Shown in pieces: positions 16,866 through 25,127 of a stretch of 32,000 bases of DNA. A model generated the notes under the pieces. The model was not told the origin of the DNA. It searched no databases and was given only the letters and a program-made list of their open reading frames with translations. The stretch covers positions 960,001 to 992,000 of the forward strand of contig NZ_CP066019.1 in assembly GCF_016127575.1 (NCBI RefSeq), given 5' to 3'. The position numbers and the translations under genes were made by a program. Every line of letters starts with the position of its first letter. The first letter of the stretch is position 1. Source of the DNA: Cupriavidus necator. GTDB taxonomy: Bacteria; Pseudomonadota; Gammaproteobacteria; Burkholderiales; Burkholderiaceae.

Positions 16866-17603
16866 GTGAACACCGCCAATCTCGTGACAACAAGCTCCCT
16901 GCCTCGCTTCAAGCAGATCGAAGGCGCGCTGCGCCAGCGCATCGTCAACAACGAATGGACTCCGGGCATCAAGCTGCCGTCTGAGTCTGAGCTGATGGCT
17001 GAATTCGGCGTCAGCCGCATCACCGTGCGCCAGTCGCTGGCATCGCTGCTTGCCGAAGGGCTGATCGAGACGGTGCACGGCAAGGGCAGCTTTGTCAGCC
17101 GTCCGGCGGGGCAGGCGGACCTGGGGCCGTTGACTGGCTTTTTCGACTACATGCGCGCGCGCGGGCACGAAGCGCACGGCAAGCTGCTGTCGACGCGGCT
17201 GATCGCGGCGCCGGCCATCGCCACCGATGCGCTGCGCCTGCCGCCGGGAACCAGGCTGCTGTGCGTGACCATGCTCAAGTCAGTGGCCGGCGTGCCGGTG
17301 GCGGTCGGCATGACGATGGCGCCCGAACCGCTGATGCGCGCGATTCTGGAGCACGACCTGGAAAACCACGATGCCCTGATGATCGTGGAGGCCCGCCTGG
17401 GTTATCGCCTCAAGTACCTGCACACGGAGAGCGCAGCAATCCCTGCCAATGCCGAAACCGCGCGCCGGCTCAAGGTGGCGCCGGGCGAGCCGCTGCTGCG
17501 CATCCGGTTCACGCCGCACGACATCGACGAGAAGCCGCTGGCCTTCTCCGAATTCATGTTTCGTGGCGACAAGTTCACCTACAAAGCCTGCGTGCGGCGC
17601 TAG
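16866..17603 (+). CDS. GntR-family regulator, HutC subfamily (UTRA effector domain)
   Basis: PRFKQIEGALRQRIVNNEWTPGIKLPSESELMAEFGVSRITVRQSLASLLAEGLIETVHGKGSFV is a GntR wHTH. The C-terminal part has UTRA-like length. GTG start. Confidence 0.9.
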   Translation: MNTANLVTTSSLPRFKQIEGALRQRIVNNEWTPGIKLPSESELMAEFGVSRITVRQSLASLLAEGLIETVHGKGSFVSRPAGQADLGPLTGFFDYMRARGHEAHGKLLSTRLIAAPAIATDALRLPPGTRLLCVTMLKSVAGVPVAVGMTMAPEPLMRAILEHDLENHDALMIVEARLGYRLKYLHTESAAIPANAETARRLKVAPGEPLLRIRFTPHDIDEKPLAFSEFMFRGDKFTYKACVRR

Positions 17604-17716
17604 CGTCGCCTGGCAGTGGCGCCGGGGGAACTTTTGTGCCGGTGCCGTGGCCTGAACGGCATCGGCGCTGGCGTTAGAATGTGGCGCCCAGTTCTGCCCC
17701 AGCCCAGGAGTCCAAG

Positions 17717-18082
17717 ATGCTCTCGCCGCTTTTCCCGCGTTCCCTGCCCACCGCGCTGGTGATGGCGTTGTCGGTCACGTGCGCGTCGGCGGCGCTGGCC
17801 GCGGGGCAGGATGAAGCGCCAAAGCCGCGCGGCAAGGACGAGGCCCCGGAGGCCCCGGTCGCCTGCATGAAGGCGGTCAAGGCAGCGCTGCCCAATCCCG
17901 CCAGCTTCAAGTGGGTCAGCGGCAAGGCCCGCAAGGTGGCCGAAGACGCCTACAGCGTGGTGGCCGACGTCGAATACCTGGCGCAGGACGGCGCCGTGCG
18001 CAAGGCCAAGGTCCAGTGCGACGTGCTGCGCGCCCCGGGCAACCAGTTCGTGGTGCCCAAGGTCAGGCTGCCGCAGCACTAG
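17717..18082 (+). CDS. Small secreted hypothetical protein (signal peptide)
   Basis: AGGAG RBS, then MLSPLFPRSLPTALVMALSVTCASAALAAGQDE. I recognise no family. Confidence 0.65.
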   Translation: MLSPLFPRSLPTALVMALSVTCASAALAAGQDEAPKPRGKDEAPEAPVACMKAVKAALPNPASFKWVSGKARKVAEDAYSVVADVEYLAQDGAVRKAKVQCDVLRAPGNQFVVPKVRLPQH

Positions 18083-18204
18083 GTCCCGGCAGGCCAGCGC
18101 GGCACAGCAAATCCCAGGTAAAAGTGGACGCTGTCCATTTCATTTGCTAGGCTATGTGTACGGCATCCACAAACATCTGTGGGTGCAATCCAAGGAGACC
18201 GCGA

Positions 18205-18687
18205 ATGAAGACCGAAGCGCAGAAGGAGCACCGCTGGCTGCAACGGCTGGTGGGCAACTGGATCGCCGAAGGCGAGGCATCGATGGGGCCGGACCAGCCG
18301 GTGCAGAAGTGGGAGATTCCCGAGCGCGTGAGCAGCGTCGGCGACGTCTGGGTCCAGTGCGTGACGCAGGGCGACATGCCCGGCTGCGGCCCGTCCACCA
18401 CGGTCATGACGCTGGGCTACGATCCCGCCCGCAAGCATTTCGTCGGGACCTTCATCGGCTCGATGATGACGCACCTGTGGATCTATGAAGGCGACCTCGA
18501 TGCCGGCGGCCAGCAACTGACGCTGCGTGCCGAGGGGCCGGATTGCTCCGGCAATGGCCGCATGGCGCAGTACCGCGACGTGATCACCTTCACCGACGAC
18601 GACCACCGCACGCTGACGTCCTACATGCTGGGCGAGAACGGCGAGTGGACCCAGTTCATGAACGCCAGCTATCGCCGCCAGCGTTAA
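18205..18687 (+). CDS. DUF1579-family protein
   Basis: AAGGAGA RBS. EHRWLQRLVGNWIAEGE...TLGYDPARKHFVGTFIGSMMTHLWIYEG...FTDDDHRTLT is the typical DUF1579 layout. Confidence 0.8.
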   Translation: MKTEAQKEHRWLQRLVGNWIAEGEASMGPDQPVQKWEIPERVSSVGDVWVQCVTQGDMPGCGPSTTVMTLGYDPARKHFVGTFIGSMMTHLWIYEGDLDAGGQQLTLRAEGPDCSGNGRMAQYRDVITFTDDDHRTLTSYMLGENGEWTQFMNASYRRQR

Positions 18688-20945
18688 GCCTGGCGGCGCT
18701 GGGCCGCGAGCCGTGCCAGCCGGCCGCGCGGGCCGGGCGGATCGTCGTGCGGGTGCGCGGCGCTGCCCCCGGCATGGCGCCGGCGCCGGCGGCGGAGCAC
18801 CAGCAGCAGCGACGCCGGCACCAGCAGCACCAGCGCCAGCAAGGCGAACGTGAACAGGCCCGGATCGCGCGCCGCGGCGGCGACCCGGTTCACCAGGCAG
18901 GCAGCGACCACGATGCCGGGCAGCATGCCCAGCGCGGTGCCGACCAGGCAGTCGCGCAGGCCGATGCGCGATGCGCCGATCACCAGGTTGACCAGCGCGA
19001 ACGGTGCAATCGGCACCAGCCGCAGCACCACCATCGCCACCAGTCCGTGCTTGCCCAACTGCTGGCTGACCCGGTTCAGCCGTCTGCCGCCAAAGCGGCG
19101 CACAGTATTGCGCCCCAGCAAGCGGCCGGCCAGGTAGCCTGCGCCGGTGCTCAGCACGGTGCCGCACAGCGCCAGCGCGGCGCCGTAGAGCGGGCCGAAA
19201 ATGACCACGGTCAGCAGGATCAGCAGCGTCACCGGCAGCATTGTCACCGCGCCGGCCAGGTAGACGCCCATCATCGCCAGCGGTGCCAGCGGCATCTCGT
19301 CCAGCTGCTCGACCAAGCCGAGCAGCGCGCGGAAGTCCGCCCATTCGCGCAGCGGCGTATGGCGCCATGCAAATGCCAGCCCCGCCAGCATCAGCGCCAG
19401 CACCACCATCATCCCGACGCGCCCGAGCACGCGCGGGCGTGCCTCATGGCTGACGAACTCGGCCAGCACCTGGTCGCTGTCGATCGGCTCGATCGGGTCC
19501 AGCAGGTTGGCCGCCGGCGAAGCGGCATCGACATCGTCCGGCAACGGCGGCTCGTAGGCTTCCAGCGAGCGCCCGTCCGCGCGCTGCAGGTTGCGGATGG
19601 CCGCAAGCACGCTGCGGGTGGCGGCGACCTCGGCCTGGAAGGTTTCAGGTGCCACATCCAGGTGCTCGCCCAGCAGCCGTGCGCGCATGGCGGCAATGGC
19701 CGCCTGCACGCGCGGGTCGCCGCCCGACATCACCACCACATTGCACTCGGTATCCAGCCCCAGCGAGCGGTTGCTGAGGTTGGACGAGCCGATGGTGATG
19801 AGGTCGTCGTCGATCACCGTGACCTTGCTATGCACATTGACACATTCGGGCATCAGGCCGGGAATCGACGGGCAGTACAAACAGAAGCGTTCGTGCGTGT
19901 CGGCCGCGCGCAGGCGGCGGTACAGGCGAGCGCGCAGCACGCCCATGCTGTGCGCTTCCAGCCAGCCGCTCTCGTTGCGTCTCGACACCAGCACGATATC
20001 GGGGCCGTCCTCGTGCCCCAGCCGTGCCTCCAGCGCGTTGGCGATCTCGCGCGAGCTGAAGTACTGGTTCTCCATGTAGATGCTGTGCCGGGCCGAGGCG
20101 ATGGCATCGTGCAGCAGCATGCGGATCTCGCTGACACTGGGCTCGTCCTCGCACATGGGCATGGTGCGGGCGATGGCGACGCGCACATCGGTCAGCTCCG
20201 GCGCCAGGCCTGGCGGCCACGGGTCTGACGAGGTGGCCGCAACCGGGCGCGGCTCGCTGCCGCTGGCGCGCAGCCAGCGCGCCGCGCATAGGGTGCCCAG
20301 CGCCGCGGCGGCGGGGCCGTCGAGCGCGCACTGCACGTCATGGAAGGGCGGGTAGGGCTTGCCTTCGGCCATGCGCAACGGCGCGCCGGGGGCATGGCGG
20401 TTGTCGTCCCAGCGGCGCAGCGTCAGGTCCAGCCCGCCGACAAAGGCGAGCTTGTTGTCGATCACTACTACCTTCTGGTGGTGCGAGGCGCCCGGGGGAT
20501 GGTTGCCGTCAAGCCGGAACGCCAGGTGCCGGTGCGCCTGCCAGTGCGCGCTGGCCGACGGCAGCCACTCGCGCTCCATCGCCATCACCATGGCGTAGTC
20601 CCAGCTCAGGATATAGATGCGCAGCTCAGGGCGCTGGTCCGCCAGCGCGCACAGGAAGTCGCGCAGGCCCGCCGGCAGGCCGTCCTGTGCGCCCTGCGGC
20701 ACCAGTTCCATGCGGCTGTCGATATCCCAGCCCAGGATGAAGATGGTGTGCTCGGCGCGCGGCAGCGCTTCGCGCAACGCGCGGAAGTAGGCGTCGGCGT
20801 CGACCAGCATGGCAAAGCGCTGGCAGGGCTCGACGCGCCAGCAGTTGCGCCCCGGCTCCGGCGTAAAGGCGGCCGGGGCCTGGTGATCATGCGGAGGGCC
20901 AGTGGCGGGAGACGCGGTGGTGCCGGGCGGGTTGTGTTGCCTCAT
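18684..20945 (-). CDS. Phospholipase D-family (two HKD motifs) fused to a C-terminal DedA/VTT (SNARE-associated) membrane domain
   Basis: HKD1 is HHQKVVVIDNKLAFVGGLDL (around 20425-20483). HKD2 is VHSKVTVIDDDLITIGSSNLSNRS (around 19770-19835). The C-terminal third has multiple TM helices with LAGRLLGRNTVRRFGGRRLNRVSQQLGKHGLVAMVVLRLVPIAPFALVNLVIGASRI, a DedA/VTT signature. The start was chosen at MRQHNPP (20945). Confidence 0.9.
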   Translation of the reverse strand: MRQHNPPGTTASPATGPPHDHQAPAAFTPEPGRNCWRVEPCQRFAMLVDADAYFRALREALPRAEHTIFILGWDIDSRMELVPQGAQDGLPAGLRDFLCALADQRPELRIYILSWDYAMVMAMEREWLPSASAHWQAHRHLAFRLDGNHPPGASHHQKVVVIDNKLAFVGGLDLTLRRWDDNRHAPGAPLRMAEGKPYPPFHDVQCALDGPAAAALGTLCAARWLRASGSEPRPVAATSSDPWPPGLAPELTDVRVAIARTMPMCEDEPSVSEIRMLLHDAIASARHSIYMENQYFSSREIANALEARLGHEDGPDIVLVSRRNESGWLEAHSMGVLRARLYRRLRAADTHERFCLYCPSIPGLMPECVNVHSKVTVIDDDLITIGSSNLSNRSLGLDTECNVVVMSGGDPRVQAAIAAMRARLLGEHLDVAPETFQAEVAATRSVLAAIRNLQRADGRSLEAYEPPLPDDVDAASPAANLLDPIEPIDSDQVLAEFVSHEARPRVLGRVGMMVVLALMLAGLAFAWRHTPLREWADFRALLGLVEQLDEMPLAPLAMMGVYLAGAVTMLPVTLLILLTVVIFGPLYGAALALCGTVLSTGAGYLAGRLLGRNTVRRFGGRRLNRVSQQLGKHGLVAMVVLRLVPIAPFALVNLVIGASRIGLRDCLVGTALGMLPGIVVAACLVNRVAAAARDPGLFTFALLALVLLVPASLLLVLRRRRRRHAGGSAAHPHDDPPGPRGRLARLAAQRRQA

Positions 20946-21151
20946 GTCGCACGCTTCGGGGAGGTTCAGCCAGAAACGTCGCGCAAGTTCCGTACCGGTG
21001 CGCCAAGCGGGCTGGTCCAGGCGTGCAGGCAATGCCCCGGGGGATAAGGGCCAGCCGTGGGCGGCTCAGGCGCGTGTGCGCTTTACCTGCCCTTTGTAAG
21101 AACGGCATGCCGGCGCGGGCGGGTCGGAAGACCCGGCATGCGGCGAAGACG

Positions 21152-21490
21152 CTACGACGGATGGCCGCGCCGCAGCGCCGTGGGGCGCGCAATGCCCCAG
21201 ACATCCAGTAGCGGCTCGAAATGCGGTTTGCTTTCGCGCGGTGCCGGCGCCACGCGGCGCGGCGGCGGCAAAGGCCGGCCGGTCAGCACTAGCGGGGTAT
21301 CGGCCTCTGCCGGCGATTCAGGCTCGCCGGCGTAGGCCACTACGCCCATCTGGCGGGCGGACTTCAGCGCGCGCGTCAGTTCCGCGGCGTTCAGGCGGCT
21401 GGCGGCGGCAAGCTGGTGCCGGGGCATGGGCCCCTTGGCACGCAGGCTGGAAATCAACGCCATCACGCATTCCCGGGTGGTTCGATTCAT
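21152..21490 (-). CDS. Hypothetical protein, possible winged-helix DNA-binding N-terminus
   Basis: GC3-rich frame. ALISSLRAKGPMPRHQLAAASRLNAAELTRALKSARQMGVV looks wHTH-like, and the C-terminal half is Pro-rich. No strong SD (alternative start 21463). Confidence 0.55.
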   Translation of the reverse strand: MNRTTRECVMALISSLRAKGPMPRHQLAAASRLNAAELTRALKSARQMGVVAYAGEPESPAEADTPLVLTGRPLPPPRRVAPAPRESKPHFEPLLDVWGIARPTALRRGHPS

Positions 21491-21641
21491 TTCGCTGCGT
21501 CAGGAAAAAGGGTACAGCGGTGGGCTCGCCAATCGAGCCTGCCGCGTACGGTACCCATTCTTTCGCAGGGGTCATATCCTTGCCAACCGGATATGACACT
21601 TGTTCACATTTCCTAGCGCAGAGAGAGGAATCGTCCCTAGG

Positions 21642-21839
21642 CTAATGCCGCGTTTCCGGGTCGCCGGTCGGAAATCTGCGATCCGCGCGGTCGCGCGGGG
21701 TCAGCATCGTGCCATGCCGGCGCCACTTGCGCGCGTGCCTGGCATGGATGTCTTCGGCAAGTTCGTGCAGTTCGGCAACCCTGGCGTCGATCGGGTCGGG
21801 ATAGATGTCCAGCGGGCGATACCTGAGGAACAGGCGCAT
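21642..21839 (-). CDS. Hypothetical 65-aa protein
   Basis: MRLFLRYRPLDIYPDPIDARVAELHELAEDIHARHARKWRRHG... has high GC3 in this frame. The RBS is weak and I recognise no family. Confidence 0.4.
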   Translation of the reverse strand: MRLFLRYRPLDIYPDPIDARVAELHELAEDIHARHARKWRRHGTMLTPRDRADRRFPTGDPETRH

Positions 21840-22035
21840 GGGGGTCTCGGTTGGTCCTGGATAATGGCGTGCTGCCTTGATTCCAGTATCGGTGACAGAC
21901 CCGTAGCTTTCACGAGCGCAGACGTAACACATTGATTTCACTCAATGTGTTTCCCGCAATGGATTGTTGTGGCCCGCGTTCGCCGCGGGCCCGGGGGATG
22001 CAGGGGGAACCGGCGGTTGACGGTGGCCGGGGTGG

Positions 22036-22308
22036 TCAGTAGCCGACGCGGGCGGTGCCGCGTGCGTCCCGGCAATAGATCTTGCGTTCGCGCACCAGGC
22101 CATCGCGGCCGTGGATGCACAACGGCAGGCCATCCGCGCGCGCGCGCATCCAGCCGGCCGCGATCGCGGCTTCCTGGGTCGGGAAATGCAGCGCGGTGTC
22201 GTCGCCACCGTTCCCCAGGCCTTCGATGGTGAGTGCCCATCCGCCGTCGCCGGCGTATTCGGCGTTGTCGGTTGCGGCGGGAAGCACGTGGATGCTGCGT
22301 GACGTCAT
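22036..22308 (-). CDS. DUF2188-family small protein
   Basis: GGAGA RBS. GGWALTIEG....FPTQEAAIAAGWMRARADGLPLCIHGRDGLVRER is the classic DUF2188 pattern. Confidence 0.75.
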   Translation of the reverse strand: MTSRSIHVLPAATDNAEYAGDGGWALTIEGLGNGGDDTALHFPTQEAAIAAGWMRARADGLPLCIHGRDGLVRERKIYCRDARGTARVGY

Positions 22309-22577
22309 GGTGTTCTCCGGAGGGCGTGGGCTGACATTTGATTTTTAAGCGACGGCGCCGCCGCGGGTATCCGTCGATGTCCTACAAGCGCGCACGCGGT
22401 GACGGCCGGTCGCGCCGTCGGCTGACATCCCGGTAGGACGAAAGCCGACTTTTTGCGCTGCGGTGCGTTGCTACGATCCAATTGCCGGTCGGGCAAGCGG
22501 CTGCCCGGTCCCAAGCCATTCCGATCCACTCCATCCTGGCGGCGCATGTCGCATCCACACGAAGCAAGGAGATCGTC

Positions 22578-22721
22578 ATGAGAAAGCTATTTGCACTGTT
22601 TGCCCTCGCTGGCGTGATGCTGGTCACGGGTTGCAATACCATGGCCGGCGCAGGCAAGGATATCGAGCGCGGCGGCGAGAAGGTACAAGGCGCGGCGGAA
22701 AGCACCAAGCAGAAGATGTAA
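22578..22721 (+). CDS. Entericidin A/B-family small lipoprotein
   Basis: AAGGAGA RBS. MRKLFALFALAGVMLVTGCNTMAGAGKDIERGGEKVQGAAE has the lipobox LVTGC and the EcnA/EcnB-like motif CNT-x-x-G-x-G-x-DI. Confidence 0.85.
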   Translation: MRKLFALFALAGVMLVTGCNTMAGAGKDIERGGEKVQGAAESTKQKM

Positions 22722-22750
22722 GTCCCGCTGCCTGCCGCCCTGGCATTGCT

Positions 22751-22788
22751 ACGGCCCGCGTCTGGTGACGCGGGCCGTTGTCTTTGTC
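22751..22788 (+). terminator. Rho-independent terminator after the entericidin-like gene
   Basis: ACGGCCCGCG-tctggtga-CGCGGGCCGT is a 10-bp GC stem, followed by tgtctttgtc. Confidence 0.65.
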
Positions 22789-22797
22789 ACGGCGAAT

Positions 22798-23802
22798 TCA
22801 ATGTGCGGCCGCCGCCGGCGCCTGCGCCGCATCGATGTGGTTGCGGCGCCAGCTGGCGGGCGGCAGGCCGAACTCGCGCTTGAACGCGCGGCTGAACGCG
22901 GCCTCGGAATCGTAGCCGACCGCGCCCGCGACCTCGCTGATGGAACGGTTGCCGCTGCGCAGTTCGGCGGCCGCGGAGCGCAGCCGCCAGTGCGCCAGGT
23001 ACTGCATCGGTGGCTGCCCCAGCAGGTCGGTAAAGCGCTGCGCCAGCGCCGAGCGCGACAGGCCCACGTTGCCCGCCAGCTCATCGACCGTCCACGGGTA
23101 GGCGGGCCGCGCGTGCATGCGCGACAGCGCCCGCCCCACATAGCGGTCGCGCAGGGCGGCAAGCCAGCCGCTTTCATTGTCAGGCAGGGTGTCGATGCAG
23201 CGCCGCACTGCCTGCACGAACAGCAGCTCAGACAGCTTGGCCAGCACCGTGGCGGTGCCCGCACGCGGTTCCGCCGCTTCAGACGTGGCAAAGGCCAGCG
23301 CCGACGCCAGCCATGCCGATTCCAGCCCGCTGCCCAGCCCCACCTTGAACAGCCGCGGCAGCGACGTCAGCAAGGGGTTGCCCATGGTGTCGTCGAACCC
23401 CAGGAAGCCGCACACCATGCGCGTGGTCTCGCCGCCGCCGCCGTAGGAAACGCGCATGACCTCGCCCGGACTGTTGCGCAGCATGTCGTACACCAGCGGA
23501 GCGGACGGCAGCGGCTGCAGACGCAGGTCGCTGCCCAGCACGTGCGGCTCGCCCTGCGGCACCACCAGCAGTTCGCCGGTGTCGACCCGCAGGCCCGGGC
23601 CGGTGCCGTCGACCAGGCGCGCCCAGCAGACGCCTTCGGTAATCAGGTGGTAGGAGACGACGCGGTCGGCGCGGGGCAGGAAGGCGGCGCGCAATTCAGC
23701 ATCCGCTTCACTGATCAGGCACCACGGCGACTTGAACTCGCCGTTCAGGAACACGGCACCGCTGAGCTGCACGGCGCGCAAGAGGTCGGACAAGGCATCC
23801 AT
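22798..23802 (-). CDS. AraC-family transcriptional regulator with N-terminal cupin-type sensor domain
   Basis: The N-terminus MDALSDLLRAVQLSGAVFLNGEFKSPWCL is the AraC_binding_2/cupin_6 type. The C-terminal part has two HTH motifs (WTVDELAGNVGLSRSALAQRF ... ISEVAGAVGYDSEAAFSRAFKREFG). GGAGGA precedes ATG 23802. Confidence 0.9.
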   Translation of the reverse strand: MDALSDLLRAVQLSGAVFLNGEFKSPWCLISEADAELRAAFLPRADRVVSYHLITEGVCWARLVDGTGPGLRVDTGELLVVPQGEPHVLGSDLRLQPLPSAPLVYDMLRNSPGEVMRVSYGGGGETTRMVCGFLGFDDTMGNPLLTSLPRLFKVGLGSGLESAWLASALAFATSEAAEPRAGTATVLAKLSELLFVQAVRRCIDTLPDNESGWLAALRDRYVGRALSRMHARPAYPWTVDELAGNVGLSRSALAQRFTDLLGQPPMQYLAHWRLRSAAAELRSGNRSISEVAGAVGYDSEAAFSRAFKREFGLPPASWRRNHIDAAQAPAAAAH

Positions 23803-23948
23803 GGTCACATTCCTCCAGATCCGGTGTTTCGCGCAAGAAAGCCGGACGCCCGATCATACGGGCAAGGGGACCGGGCTCCGATACTAGCACCGTGCCTGGC
23901 GCCATACAACGCCGCAGCGCACGTATCAGACTAGCCGGAGACAACACC

Positions 23949-25127
23949 ATGGAAACCCTTTCCGCAGCGGATGCCAGCGCAGGCGCACAGGCCGACTGGC
24001 TCGGCCTGGCCGCGACCCTGGGCCGCACCTTCGACGCACGCGCGCCAGAGATCGATGCCAGCGGGCAGTTCGTCAGCGCCAACTACGACGACCTGCGCGC
24101 GCACCGCTTCTTTGCCGCGGCCGTGCCGCGGGAACTTGGCGGCGCCGGGCTGTCGCACCAGGAGCTGGGCGCGGTGCTGCGCGAGCTGGGCAAGTACTGC
24201 GGATCGACCGCGCTGGCCTTTGCCATGCACACCCACCCGGTGGCCACGGCCGCGTGGCGCTGGCGCAATCAGCAAGCGTCGGTGGAGGGGCTGCTCAAGC
24301 GCGTGGCGGGCGAGCAGATGGTGCTGCTGGGCAGCGGCGGTTCGGACTGGCTGCAGGGCAGCGGCAAGGCTACGCGCGTGGATGGCGGCTTTCGCGTGGA
24401 TGCGCGCAAGATCTTCGCCAGCGGCGCGCCGGCGGCGGACCTGTTCATGACCTGCGCCGTCCATGACGATCCGGAGACCGGGCCCACGGTGCTGCATTTC
24501 GCGCTGCCGATGAAGTCGCCGGGCGTACGCGTGCTGTCGAACTGGCACACGCTGGGCATGCGCGGCACCGGCTCGCATGATGTGCTGCTTGAAGGCGTGC
24601 TGGTTCCGGATACCGCCATTGCCGCCCGCCGCCCGCAAGGCGTGTGGCATCCGATGATGCATACGGTGGCGATGATCGCGCTGCCGCTGATCTATGCGGT
24701 CTACGTCGGCGTGGCCGAGGCCGCGCGCGATATCGCGCTGCAGCTGGCGCGCCAGCGGCGCCTGAGCGCACATGCGGTGGAAGCCGCCGGGCGCCTGTGC
24801 AACGAGGCCGATGCCGCGCAGCTGGCGCTGGATGCGATGTTCGCGGCGGCATCGGGGCAGGCGCCGGGCGCGGTCACCACCAACCGCATCATGTGCGCCC
24901 GCACGCTGGCCGCGCGCGCGGTGCTGGCGACGGTCGAGGCGGCGATGGACCTGGCCGGCGGCGCGGGCTTCTATCGCGATGCCGGGCTGGAGCGGCGCTT
25001 TCGCGATGCGCAGGGCGCGCGCTTCCATCCGCTGCAGGCCGGTGCCCAGCAGGAGTACGCAGGGCGCATGGCACTGGGGCTGGATCTCGATGCGCCGCCC
25101 GGCGAGGTGCGGCCTGCCGCGCAATGA
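23949..25127 (+). CDS. Acyl-CoA-dehydrogenase-fold flavin-dependent monooxygenase (oxygenase component of a two-component system)
   Basis: ACAD-like architecture (ELGKYCGSTALAFAMH ... WHTLGMRGTGSHDVLLEGVLVP ... GGAGFYRDAGLERRFRDAQGARFHP). It is translationally coupled (ATGA) to a flavin reductase. GGAGA RBS. Confidence 0.8.
   Translation: METLSAADASAGAQADWLGLAATLGRTFDARAPEIDASGQFVSANYDDLRAHRFFAAAVPRELGGAGLSHQELGAVLRELGKYCGSTALAFAMHTHPVATAAWRWRNQQASVEGLLKRVAGEQMVLLGSGGSDWLQGSGKATRVDGGFRVDARKIFASGAPAADLFMTCAVHDDPETGPTVLHFALPMKSPGVRVLSNWHTLGMRGTGSHDVLLEGVLVPDTAIAARRPQGVWHPMMHTVAMIALPLIYAVYVGVAEAARDIALQLARQRRLSAHAVEAAGRLCNEADAAQLALDAMFAAASGQAPGAVTTNRIMCARTLAARAVLATVEAAMDLAGGAGFYRDAGLERRFRDAQGARFHPLQAGAQQEYAGRMALGLDLDAPPGEVRPAAQ

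Noticed and set aside
21103-21143. A hairpin GCATGCCGG-N19-CCGGCATGC (with an alternative inner CGGGTC-GGAA-GACCCG stem) just after the stop of ORF 21152-21490, considered as a terminator.
   Set aside because: The trailing sequence on the minus strand (cgttcttacaaa) is only weakly U-rich, and the two stems compete with each other. It is plausible but not strong enough to list as a feature. It is mentioned under the small-ORF islet finding.
21444-21460. A sigma54-like TGGCACG-N4-CTGG element.
   Set aside because: The -12 element is poor (CTGG rather than TTGC) and the site lies inside a coding region. No enhancer-binding protein gene is nearby.
21474-21490. A GGTGGTTCGATTC stretch resembling a tRNA T-arm (GGTTCGAtTC).
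   Set aside because: The flanking bases cannot form the T-stem (GGTGG versus CATTT) or any acceptor or anticodon arm. The sequence is the 5' end of the minus-strand ORF 21152-21490.
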